Source: Paraspadella gotoi (Eukaryota > Animalia > Chaetognatha). Taken from it: a stretch of 64,000 nt of DNA. Position numbers and translations under genes: made by a program. The stretch spans positions 23,584,257 through 23,648,256 of the forward strand of contig CM119267.1 of the NCBI GenBank assembly GCA_051294375.1. The letters are read 5' to 3'. Below the pieces are notes generated by a model. That model was not told the DNA's origin, made no database searches, and worked only from the letters and a program-made list of their open reading frames with translations. Every line of letters begins with the position of its first letter. Position 1 is the first letter of the stretch. Positions 1 to 11,667 of the stretch are shown one piece after another.

Positions 1-219
1 CGGTTAACATTATACTTTAACAAATATTAAATACTTTACTAAAAATAAAAACATAAACATAAAAATCAACAACAACAACAAAAACGCGAGAAATAAAGAA
101 ACCCGCGGGGAAACCTAAGCGTCGAACGGACCGACCGCTGGCGAAAACAAAAACAACAAAAAACAGAAAAAAATAAAAAACTAAGGGAAAACAAAAGAGA
201 GAGAGAGAGAGGAGGAGAG

Positions 220-253
<34 letters not shown>

Positions 254-257
254 CGAG

Positions 258-293
<36 letters not shown>

Positions 294-881
294 TATATGA
301 GAAGAGGCGATTTGGGCCACGTGAAAATGCCGACGGGTGGCAAGAAGGAAAGAAAAAGAAAGTAAGTAAGCACGAAAGAAAGAAAAAAAGGTAAAAAAAA
401 ATAGAAAAGAAATATGTATTTGATCTATTATTATTAGTTAGCGATAAATTGAAAAAAAAAAAAAAAACTTTGGCCACCGCGAGATATCGCTGTCTTTCTC
501 AAGTACTGCACTGTGTGCCCTTGTTATTTCACTTTAAAAAGCAGGAAATCTCGTATTGCCATCCCACTTTAAGTCCCACTTTGCCATCCCACCTTTCCAT
601 CTCACCTTGCCAGCCCACTCTGCTATCCCACTCTGTCATCCCAACTTGCCATCCCAATGTGCCATCCCGCATTGCCTTTCCACTCTGCTATCCAAAATCT
701 GCCACCCAATCTCGCCCATCCACCTTGCCAACTCACTCTGCAATCCCACCTTGCCATCCCACCTTGCCATCCCACCTTGCCTTCTCCCTCGGCCCTCTCG
801 ATCCCTCCTTATCAATTTGGCCTCAACCTAATCAAAATTCCTTCGCTCTTCTTCTCTCTTCCAATAAAAGACCGGCGGGAT

Positions 882-933
<52 letters not shown>

Positions 934-1291
934 CAAAAGAGAGAGAGCAGAGAGAGAGAGAGAGAGAAGGGAGAGAGAGAAAAGAAGCGAAAGCGAGAGA
1001 TGGCAGACAAAGGAGGAGAGAGAGAGACAGTTGTTGCAAAAAAGAAATGAAGAAGAGAGAGAAGAGAGAAACGAATCATGGAAGTGACATCGAAGTTTCT
1101 GTGGAAAGAAGTGACAAAAAAGATGATAGAAAACAGTGTGGTGAAGATGAAGTGATAGGAAATGGATGACATCGAATAAATTAAGCCAAACCGACGAAAG
1201 AGATAAAGGGAAAATGAGAAGGATGAGAGAGAGATGAGAAGAAGGATATAGATAGCCAGAGAGAGAGAGAGAGAGATGAGATAGAAGAGAG

Positions 1292-1346
<55 letters not shown>

Positions 1347-1629
1347 TGAGAGCCGTGTGAGCTTAATTAATTCTTTAAATTTCGGTTCCACGGAGGCAAG
1401 GAAAGCTGGTAATCGTGAATACACTACCCATTCTCTCTATCAAGTAATTATATTAAAAGAGCAGGAAAAAAAAAAGCGAATCGAATGTTGGCCAATTAAC
1501 AAGATTAAGCTTTTTAAAGAAAAGAAAAAGAGATGGAGAAAGAGAAAAGAACAAGGAGAGAAGAGAGAGAGAGAAGAGAGAGAGAGAGACGAAGAGAAAC
1601 AGAGAGAACAGAAGAGAAATGATTTGAGA
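1..1629. other. Mirror block A (natural-looking only when read as complement without reversal)
   Basis: Complement gives words typical of the rest of the window (gccaattgtaatatgaaattg, ttcattcattcg, tcgaattaatt, aattcgaaaaattt); block ends at a 100-N gap; judged by eye. Confidence 0.55.
556..782. repeat. ~13-bp minisatellite (ttgccatcccacc-like)
   Basis: Repeated ccatcccaccttg variants; source of the spurious PxHP ORFs. Confidence 0.85.
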
Positions 1630-1729
1630 NNNNNNNNNNNNNNNNNNNNNNNNNNNNNNNNNNNNNNNNNNNNNNNNNNNNNNNNNNNNNNNNNNNNNNN
1701 NNNNNNNNNNNNNNNNNNNNNNNNNNNNN

Positions 1730-2606
1730 TCTCGTTATATTCGTTTTATCTATCACTGTCATTCCACTGTCATTGCTTCATTATTCTTCGCATCGTTATC
1801 GTCGCTATCTTCGTTAACATCGTTATCATCTTAAACNNNNNNNNNNNNNNNNNNNNNNNNNNNNNNNNNNNNNNNNNNNNNNNNNNNNNNNNNNNNNNNN
1901 NNNNNNNNNNNNNNNNNNNNNNNNNNNNNNNNNNNNNNNNNNNNNNNNNNNNNNNNNNNNNNNNNNNNNNNNNNNNNNNNNNNNNNNNNNNNNNNNNNNN
2001 NNNNNNNNNNNNNNNNNNNNNNNNNNNNNNNNNNNNNNNNNNTTTTTTTAAACTTCGCTTTAAAACGTCGCTAATTTCGTTTGTTTCAACTCAGCCAATC
2101 AAAACGTCGCTCGTAAATGAAACCCTCACTTGTTTAGCCAATCGGGACAAGAGAAAATGGATCCGGAGACAAAATGGCGGCTCTAAATATTTCTAATCGA
2201 ACTTAATTCACCGTAGAAAGTTTAAGAATTTAGATTAATATTAAGTGTCCATAGTGTTTCGTAGTTTAATGAGAGCCGATAACGTTTTTTCTCTTTCATT
2301 TACTCCCACAGGAAGAAAAAAATATCTTTTTTAAAATAACTCTTCGCTAATTTAAAAACATTATAAAAATATTTTAGACCGCCATTTTTGTCTGCCGGAT
2401 CCATTTCTCTTGTCCCGATTGGCTAAAACAAGTGAATGGGTTTCATTTACGAAGAGGCGACGTTTGATTGCTGAGTTGAACAAACGAAATTAGCGCACCG
2501 TTTTTAAAGCGAAGTTTAAAAAAAAGAGATATATCGTTACGGTTGAAAAGTCCCCCATCATGAGCTCCTGGGCTTCTCTCTCTTCTCTCTCTCTCTCTCT
2601 CTCTCT

Positions 2607-2644
<38 letters not shown>

Positions 2645-2788
2645 ATTCCATCTCTCCAGGAGTATGAAACCGACGTTAAGATGATAAACGATGTTAACGA
2701 AGATAGCGACCGATAACCGATGCGAAGCAATAAATCAAGCAATGACAGTGGAATGACAGTGATAGATTAAAACGAATATTAACGAGGA
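1730..2788. repeat. Long imperfect inverted repeat (arms ~1730-2195 and ~2366-2788)
   Basis: 2043-2195 is the reverse complement of ~2366-2525 and 1730-1836 of ~2674-2788, with many 1-nt indels; ~170-bp spacer. Confidence 0.9.
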
Positions 2789-2958
2789 GACAGGACGGGT
2801 AACGGCTGACACGATAGACAACGATGACGACGACAAACAACTACGAGGACGACGGACGACGATTGATGCATGCATTAATGGAGAAGTAGGAAACGCGGGG
2901 GAATTCGATGGCACAGGAAGAAAAAAGGAGGTGAGGAGAAAAATCCAATTCTTGGTGA

Positions 2959-3005
<47 letters not shown>

Positions 3006-3059
3006 GAGAGAGAGACGATGAGAGGAGGAAGGACCGAGAGAGAGAGAGAGAGAATGAGA

Positions 3060-5886
3060 GAGAAGACCTAAGGAAAGAAATAAAATTACATTTAAAGTGA
3101 CCCAAGTACAAAGAACTTAATCCAAAAAAAAATATAAATTACTACATCATTTCAGCACTCATCAACAACGACGACAACAACTCCAACAACAAACAACAGC
3201 AGCAGCAGCAGCAGGAAGAAGCAGCAGAAGCAGCTAACTTCTTCCGCCCAATCGCTTTCTTTTTTTTTTCTTTCTTTTTTACTCTTTAGTCGTTTAACCT
3301 GAGAAAATCCTGACGGACGTTAAATGGTCGAGACATCAAGAGGAGAAATCGTAAGGCTGGCCCTTTGACCCAAAAAAAGCGAAAGGGAAAGAAAGAAAAG
3401 GAGAGAAAGGGAAGGAAAGGAAAGGAAAGGAAAAGGGAAAGGAAAAGGAAAGGGAAAGGAAAGGAAAGAAACGAGAGGAAAGGAAAGAAAGGAAAGAGAA
3501 AGGAAAGGAAAGGAAAGGAAAGGAAAGGGAAAGGAAAAGAAGAGGAAAGGAAAGAGAAAGAAGGAAAGGAAAGGAAAAGAGAAGGAAAGAAAAAGAGACT
3601 TATAAAGGAATTAGGCAGAAAGAACCGATAGGGTTCGCCATCAGTGCCACCGTTTCCTTCATCATTTCTTCCTCATCCTCCTCCCCCTCCTCCCCGGAGA
3701 TCCAGGCTCGAGTCCAGGGTTTAGGTTTTTCATTCACGCTTTTTCCTCTCTTTCTCTTCTCACCCGTCCCTTCCTCCCGTTCAGTCTCTGTTACCCAATT
3801 TTTTTTTACGCCGATTTAGCCGCTTACTTATATTTTCCTTTCCCACCATTTCCCCCCGTCTTTACTTACCTAGATTTTCAGTCAGACTTACCCGACCTTA
3901 GTTAGAGTGGCGCCCATGACGTTCGCTCGAACCCCTTAACACGAAAAACCCCCTTTTGAGTTCCTTGCTTCGTTACCCACTCTAAAAACAAAAACAAGAA
4001 AATAACCTATGGAATAAGAGAACCCAAAAAACAATTAAACCAATTCCGGCTGACCGCTTGTCGTCTCACCTACTTTTTTCTCGCGTCCTGGCCGAATTTT
4101 TTTTCGCCGCATCTTGGGACTAATTTTTTTTCTGCGCCCTGGATTACTTCTCCGCCCTTGGACTAATTTTGGAATCACCAAAATTTTTTTTCCGTCTTCA
4201 TCGACAATCCTTTTCACCCTCATCGTCTATCTTTGACCTACTGCTATTGTTCACGCTGTTCCCTTATAAACTTTCCCTGTCGTTTCACAAATAAAAAAGA
4301 ACCCTGTGAATTAACGGACATTAGTCATAAAACATTCTAAAGAAAATCTTTTTCTGTCTAAGTAAACAAAAAAAGAGAAGACAAAACAAAATAAACATTT
4401 CAACTTTAAAGATTAAAACTGAAGAACTTAACTAAGACTCCCCGCCCGCCCCTGCACTAAAAGCAATGCTCCGACGGCGATAAGTTTATTCTTCCACTTT
4501 TCGGTTCCCTTTATCTCGGAAGAAATCATTTTAAATTGCTGAGGAATTCTGACACCGACCTTGTTTGAAAAAAAAAGGGAAAAGAAAAGATCAATTTGTC
4601 ACGAAAGAGAACTTGAAGAACAATAAAACAAAGAACTTTTAAAAAAAATCAAACCCTAACAAGTTTAATAACATTGCAAACAAAAAATAAGAGAAAAGAA
4701 GACAAACTTCGCTTGTTTAACTAAAGATTGAACGTTGAGAAGATTCCATCGTACTTTTTGCGTCGAATTCTTCCTCATTCCAAATTCTTTCTTCAATTTC
4801 TCTCTCCCTGAATTTCAAATGACTCAATTCTTTTCGCTCATCTCTCCCGATGGAGAGGATTAATCGCTTGCGCCTTGCTCGAGTTTTCGCTCACTGGCTA
4901 ACGCCCCCGACCGCACCTCCGACGGAGGACACCTCCACCCAGACGCCCCCCCTCTCCTAATCGAACGGGACCCGGATACGTCCCACCGGCCGTGACACAA
5001 AATAACCACTTACGACCGCAGGTCCGGTACGACGGGTCCAGCGAAAAACTGTCTACGTCCTTTCACATAGGTGTTCAGGTGAGGTCGCGATAAACAGTGG
5101 AGGAGAGCACCCCTAACCCTCTTCTCCCCCTGATTTCCCCAAAATTCCCTTGTTCGCCCCGAACCTCGCCCCTATTCCCGCGAATCTGTACAGTAACACT
5201 TGTTACGTGTCTTTTTTTTCAAAAACGAAGCCCCCATGTTCGATAATTTTGTGTGTTGCCCCATGAGCACCCCAAAACTCCGTTCGTTAACGTCTGACAT
5301 TCTAAAACAAAAAAAAAAACAAAAAAAACTTGATCCTCTCCCAAAAACAGAATATTCTGAGAATAAGAGTTAAAACTAATGAAAAGAATTAAAAAAAAAA
5401 AACAAAAAAAGAGTAATTAGAAAAAACGGCGACCAATCCTACTAAACTCGAATTACTAACTTTTGACTAATGTTAGAATAATTTGGAGACTACACTGATT
5501 TAATTAAATTAATGCTCTATTAATTAAATTAATTAATGATACTGATTAGGACTGCTTTGCAATAAACTTTTTTCTTTCTCCAATTCGAGCGAAACCTTTT
5601 TAAGAATCTCTTCTCTCTTTCCCTCCTTCTTTTTCACCCAAATCAATCAATGACCAGCCGATGCCCTATTGACACTAGTAGATGCGTGAACAATTTCTTT
5701 TTAAAACGAGTTATCCAACGTAAAGACTCTATTAGCTTCTTACTTCCGCGATCCTTTTCCCATTAATCACACCCTGACCCTGAAACGGAACCGTCGGTTG
5801 TCTCATCCCCCGGGGCGAATTCACTAAAAACCACCCACCCCTTATCTACCCTAACCACATTTATCAACCCCTGAGGCATCTCTCTC
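3060..5886. other. Mirror block B containing hidden GT-AG exons
   Basis: (CAG)n at ~3197 instead of the (GAC/GTC)n seen elsewhere; visible excess of CTA/TAG/TAC; complement reading gives exon-like 3637-3730, 4711-4775 and 4866-4935; starts in a (GA)n tract and ends at a 25-N gap. Confidence 0.7.
3637..3730. CDS. Cryptic exon readable only in the complement-not-reversed frame
   Basis: Complement: long pyrimidine tract, then ctatcccaag|c ggt agt cac...caa atc caa aaa|GTAAGT, giving GSHGGKGSSKEGVGGGGGGASRSELRSQIQK with no stop. Confidence 0.5.
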
Positions 5887-7044
5887 NNNNNNNNNNNNNN
5901 NNNNNNNNNNNTTAGCTTGAAATGAAAAAGTTGTCTTTTTGTTTTTGCGTCAGTTGAGATCGAGTCTTGAATGATCGCAAGATACAGTTTCTCGGTTTTT
6001 TCTTTTTTTAAATTTTAATTAAACCAAAATGTTTGCTACTAATCGCTGGGTTCAAATCAAACGTTATGTTCATTAGAAACGCACAAATAAACAAATAAAC
6101 ATGCACATTGCACATATACAAACATGGTATACACACGCGGGTAGACAAACGCGCATACGTACTGCCACACATATAGGCCGACCCGCACACACAAACGCAC
6201 TCGTGTTGATTGTATTTAAAACATTATTACTAAGTTATTCTATCATTTGAATTGATATAATTGAGCTTCAAAAATTATTATACGATTACGCCGGTTAAAT
6301 AAAAAAAGAAAGAACATAAACATGATGGAAAAGAATCCTTGTCAATCGAATCAAATGAACAAAATCTCGAAAATAAAATTAATGAAATTTTCCAAAAAAC
6401 AAAAGACGATTCGACGGCTAAAATAAGATGGCTGAAACGACGACGACGACGACGACGACGACGAAAATTGTTGTCGCGGGATTTAAAAATTGTCCTCGTC
6501 GATTAACCGAAGGCTGAGGAGTGAGAACCGAGGCGGGAGAGACGGACGAAAAGATAAAAACTACCAAATCAAATTAAAGAGTTGATAAAATTAAGTAAAA
6601 GAATAAAACAGAGACAATGAAAGAGCAACAATGAGATAAATAAAGTACGAGATAATATTGAACAATTAAGTAAGAAAATTTAAACAAACAAAATAAATAA
6701 AGACTTCGTTGAATTGTGATAACTGATGTAAATTTTATTAAAAACGATTAGACTGAGACGTTAAGACAGAAATCAGACATGGCTCTTGCGATTACAAATT
6801 TAGTATTTAACTTAAATCTTAAACGAAACTTCAAATTAAAGTTAAAGTTAAAGTTAAAGTTCCATCGGAGTAATAAAGAGGAAATTGGGGCATTTAAGCT
6901 GAAGGCGAATTTCTGGGAAATGATTTAATTTCTCGGAAATTCTCTTTATTCGTTGTCCTACGGTTAAAGGACGAGAAAATGGCTACAGCCGAGGTTGAAG
7001 GGAGAAATTTGAAGGGAATAAACAAAATGCTGCCTGGGACGATG

Positions 7045-7045
<1 letters not shown>

Positions 7046-7128
<83 letters not shown>
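7046..7128. repeat. (GA)n microsatellite, representative of dozens of GA/CT tracts in the window
   Basis: Directly visible; similar tracts at 11.4-11.7, 22.2, 31.0-31.3, 45.6, 54.1 and 62.0 kb. Confidence 0.98.
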
Positions 7129-7132
<4 letters not shown>

Positions 7133-7677
7133 ATAAAAGATAATGTAATCGTGGAAAGGAAAAACATCGACGCAGAGGGAAAAAGGAAGCGAGTAGCAAA
7201 GTGAAAAGGAAAAGAAAATAAGGAAAAAAAAGGAAAAAGGAAAGAAAAGAAAAAGGAAAAGAAAAAGGAAAAAAATAAATGAAGAATTTCAAATAAAAAG
7301 GGAAAAAATGTTTTTAAACAGATACAAAAAAAATTGTAAAAAATTTGGAAAATATAAGTATAAAAACGAATTGTAAAGACATCGAACTACTTGAAGTGAA
7401 AACAAAAATTTTACGTGAAAATATCAAAGTGGAAAAAAGAGCAAAAGTAAAAAAGAATAAAAAAATGAAGGAAATAAAAAGAAAAGAAAAGGAAAGAAAA
7501 GAAATCCTAGAAATGGAGGCGGAAATTCTGATCTCGAGGAAATAAAAGAAAATGTAAGGAGGCAGTAAAACCTGAGGAAGGAAAAGGAGGAAAGAAAAAA
7601 AGAAAAGTAAAAAGAGAAAAAAGAGAAAAAATGACGATGAAAATATTAGAAGGAGCGATTATGAGAGTATGATTTGC

Positions 7678-7721
<44 letters not shown>

Positions 7722-9238
7722 CATTAGAATCAAGGACGGTTTAATAATGAAGGAAGGGGAGCAGAATTGAAGGCAAAATAGTTGAGGCGTAAACAAGTTA
7801 ATTTTAGCTTCTGTGACGAATTTAAGGAGAACAAAAAAAAATGAGGATGAATACATTGAATACATTTAAGGTAAATTGGATGCGAGGGAGAAAAACTTTT
7901 TTTTGATCATTAATGAATAAAACATGTATTTTTTTATATACAATTTTATCTTTCAGGTTGCATTCACGATCAGTTTTTTTATATAGAGGAATAAAGAAAG
8001 GGGAATAAAGAAGGGGAATAAAGAAAAGGGAATAAAGAAAGGGGAATAAAAAAAGGGGAATAAGAAAAGGGGAATAAAAAAAGGGGAATAAAGAAAGGAG
8101 ATAATAAAAAGGGGAATAAAGAAAGAATAGGGACAGGAATATAAGAAGGGGACATCAACAGAACGGGATTAAAGAATAAGGGGAATAAAGAAAGGGAGAA
8201 AGAGAAAAGGAACAGAAGATAAAAAAAGGAGGCGATAGAAGTAAAATATATATATGTTTATCGGGTAACTGAGGTACCTAAGAAACTATAAACTATAAAA
8301 AAATACTAACTAACATTTTCTTCTGTTTCCCTTATCATATCTTAAGTGAGTACCGCGCCCGCTTCCGGCAAAAGCGTTGAATCGATTCTAAATTAAATAT
8401 AGATCAACTTCAATGCAGATTTAAAAATTAACCACGAAAAGTGAAAAGTGAGACGCGTGAAGAAAATATGAGGATGTGAAAAAGAGAGAGAGAAAAAGAA
8501 AAGTGAAAAGTGAAAAAAAAGAGGCTGTGATGATTCTGGTTGTGAGAACGAATTCGGGACTCAAGGTTTAATCTCGTCTCTCGAGTCTCGTTCGAGGATC
8601 CAAATTCTGATTCGAATTTTTGGAAGGAGGAAAAAAAAAGGAAAAGGAAATATAAGAAAGAAAAAGAAGAAAGAAAAAAGAAAAGGAAAAAGAGAGAGAG
8701 AAAGAGAAAGAAAAAAGAAAGAGAAAGTAAAGAAATATTAGCTGTTGTCTATTTTTTAAAGACTTTATAGAAAAGAAGAATATGAACCTTTGTAAAAAAA
8801 TTTTTAATTGAAACAATTTTCAACTTATGGTAATTAAATAAAACTATTTAACCGAGAACAAAATAATGGCCTACAATTAAGCGTATCGTCACTGATTACT
8901 TTATACATTCGCATCGCTTTACGAATGGAATAACGTTTAAAAAATCACAAACTCTCTCTCCTTTTTTTCCTAATTTATGATTTAAATCGGAATCGTTTTC
9001 CTCGAAACTCCATTTTATTTTCTCCTCTCGTCTTAAATACTCGATCTTCCTCCTCAAAACGACATAAATTCCTTTCGATGAAAAACAAAAGGACAATCGA
9101 CCGAAAAAAGCGACGACATAAATCGGCTCTCTTTTCCAAAAGCGTTCCATTTCTGTTCCTTAATCTATAACTAAAACCAAAACCTAAACTTTAACCCTCA
9201 ACTCTAATTATTAACTCTAACCTATTGCTTAACCCTAA

Positions 9239-9299
<61 letters not shown>

Positions 9300-9811
9300 C
9301 CCCTTATTAACTTATTATTAAAAATCACTTTATAAATATTCTGCGCTGATGAAGGTTTGAACAAGAACTGAAAAATGTATTTTTTTAAAAATAAATCGTT
9401 GTTTTGTCAAAATAAAAGATATCTACTTTATAAACCGATTGTAAAATATAACCAAATTAATAACACTAACCCTAAACCCTAAACCCTAAAGGCTAACCTT
9501 AACTCTAATTTATAACCCTAAATATTAACTTTATCCTTAACCCTAACCTCGAACTTAATCTTTAAACCTAAAAACTCAACTTGATTCCGAATTAAAGACA
9601 AAACAGGGCGCTTTGGGAAAATAAGGCACATAAATTCGCCTTTGAGTAAACAAACCGCACTCCCCCCCTGGAAAAATAAGAGAGACAAGATTGCGACCTT
9701 AAAAAGACTCGAGAAATTGTCCATTGGGAGGAAAAGATATCTAAGGCCGATGATTCTTTTTTCTTTTTAAGAGTCGTCGTCGACGTCGTCGTCGTCTTCG
9801 TCGTCGGCGTT

Positions 9812-9856
<45 letters not shown>

Positions 9857-9920
9857 CTCCCCGGAATTCTTTCGGTGAACCAAACATCATAAATCTCAGC
9901 CTCGGGGGGCGGAGGAGTGA

Positions 9921-9959
<39 letters not shown>

Positions 9960-9960
<1 letters not shown>

Positions 9961-10375
9961 GACGAAAGGGAAGAAGGAGAAGAGAGAGAGGAAATATTGG
10001 AAAAGAGAAAAAAGAAAGAGAAGAAAAAGCAAAGGAGACGGAGAAAAAAGAAAAAAAGAAAAAAAGAAAAGAAAAGAAAGAAAAGGAAAGAAAAGAAAAA
10101 AAGAAGACAGAAAAGAAATAAATAAAAGAAATAAAAGAAAAGAAAGAAAAGAAAGAAAAGAAAGAAAAGAAAGAAAAGAAAGAAAAGAAAGAAAAGAAAG
10201 AAAAGGAGACGGAGAAAAAAAAGAAAAAAAGGAAAAAGAAAGAAAAGGAAAAAAAAGAAAAGGGAAAAAAAGGAAAGTAAAGGAAGAAAAGGGTAAAGAA
10301 GGAAAGAAAAGGAAAGGCGAGTCTTTAAAAAAAGTAAAGAAAAGGAAAAAAAGAAGAAAGAAAAGAAAGAAAAGG
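9960..10375. repeat. Purine-rich low-complexity tract with (AAAGAAAAG)n
   Basis: Source of the K/R/E-rich and F/L/S-rich pseudo-ORFs; similar tracts at 3380-3600, 16460-16840 and 21890-21980. Confidence 0.9.
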
Positions 10376-11406
10376 TAGGGTCGCCGAAAAATCTTGAAAT
10401 GTTCCAAGCGACGAGATTTTGAAAAACATGGAGAGGTGAGGTCAAGGTAAGGTCGAGGTTTCGCGGGAAACTTTGGGGAATTTTAAATCTTGAGGCGGAA
10501 AAAACAAAAATCGTGCGAAGTTTGAACATTTTTTTTTTGGTGAAAAAAAAGTCGTTTTATGAAGTTTTGGCGGGAATAAAATATTGACTGAGGCTTGTCC
10601 ACTCTGTGCCGATTAAAGAGTTAAACAACTGTTAAACAACTATTAAAATAGTATGTATATTTAATTGAAATTGTATTATTTTTTCTCTTTTTGTTGCTGT
10701 GTGGATATTGAGAATTATATTATTTTTGCCAACTGTTAAACAACTATTAAAATAGTATGTATATTTAGTTTTAAAAATTGGCAATTAAACATTGAATTGG
10801 ATTGAAGAGAAACTTATTGAATTAAGCCTGCGAAGTTCAATATAGTATTCCCCGATCTAGTATTCCAGGGAGTTGTCCTTTTATACATTTTAAACTTACT
10901 TTTTGATATTATACAATTTCATTTATTTGAAGCCAGGTATTTAGGTATTCTGGAAGTAAATAAACGAGACTGTAAGAGAGTCTTTATTGAAAGCTTGCTA
11001 ATTTATTAATTGAATGGATTAATTGAGCGTACAAATCTAATAATCTCTTAATTTAATCTCCTGATAGTAAAGTTCGCTAATTAAAATACTATATTCATAC
11101 ATACTTGTACTTTTTGATTCCGACTAAAAAGATTCAGCACTTTAGGAATAAGTATGGTTTGGAATACGAGAAAAAAAATCAGTACAAAAAAAAGAAAAAA
11201 AAAAGAAAAAAGAAAAGAAAGAATCTAAAATTTCTTTCGTCAGAAAATCGAAAAAGTCTTTTAATCGATTCACTCATTAAACGGAAGCAGAAGGAAGAAA
11301 GATACGCCCTTTTCTTGCCTTACTTTTTCACGTACTTACCTTCTGGTCCCTTTTCTACTCTTTAATTCTTATCTCTCTCTTCTACTTCTCTCGTCTCTCT
11401 TCTCTC

Positions 11407-11455
<49 letters not shown>

Positions 11456-11556
11456 CTCCCTGCAAATAGGGAGGGTAAAGAGAAGAGTCGTGAGTCCTCG
11501 TCGTAGGAGACGGGAGAGACTAGCCAAGTTGAGGAAAAAAGAGAGAGAGAGGAGAG

Positions 11557-11604
<48 letters not shown>

Positions 11605-11615
11605 GAGAGAGAAGA

Positions 11616-11667
<52 letters not shown>

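Noticed and set aside
9165-9580. Telomeric array
   Set aside because: Only short, highly degenerate ccctaa/ccctaaa units inside ordinary sequence; at most an interstitial low-complexity repeat.
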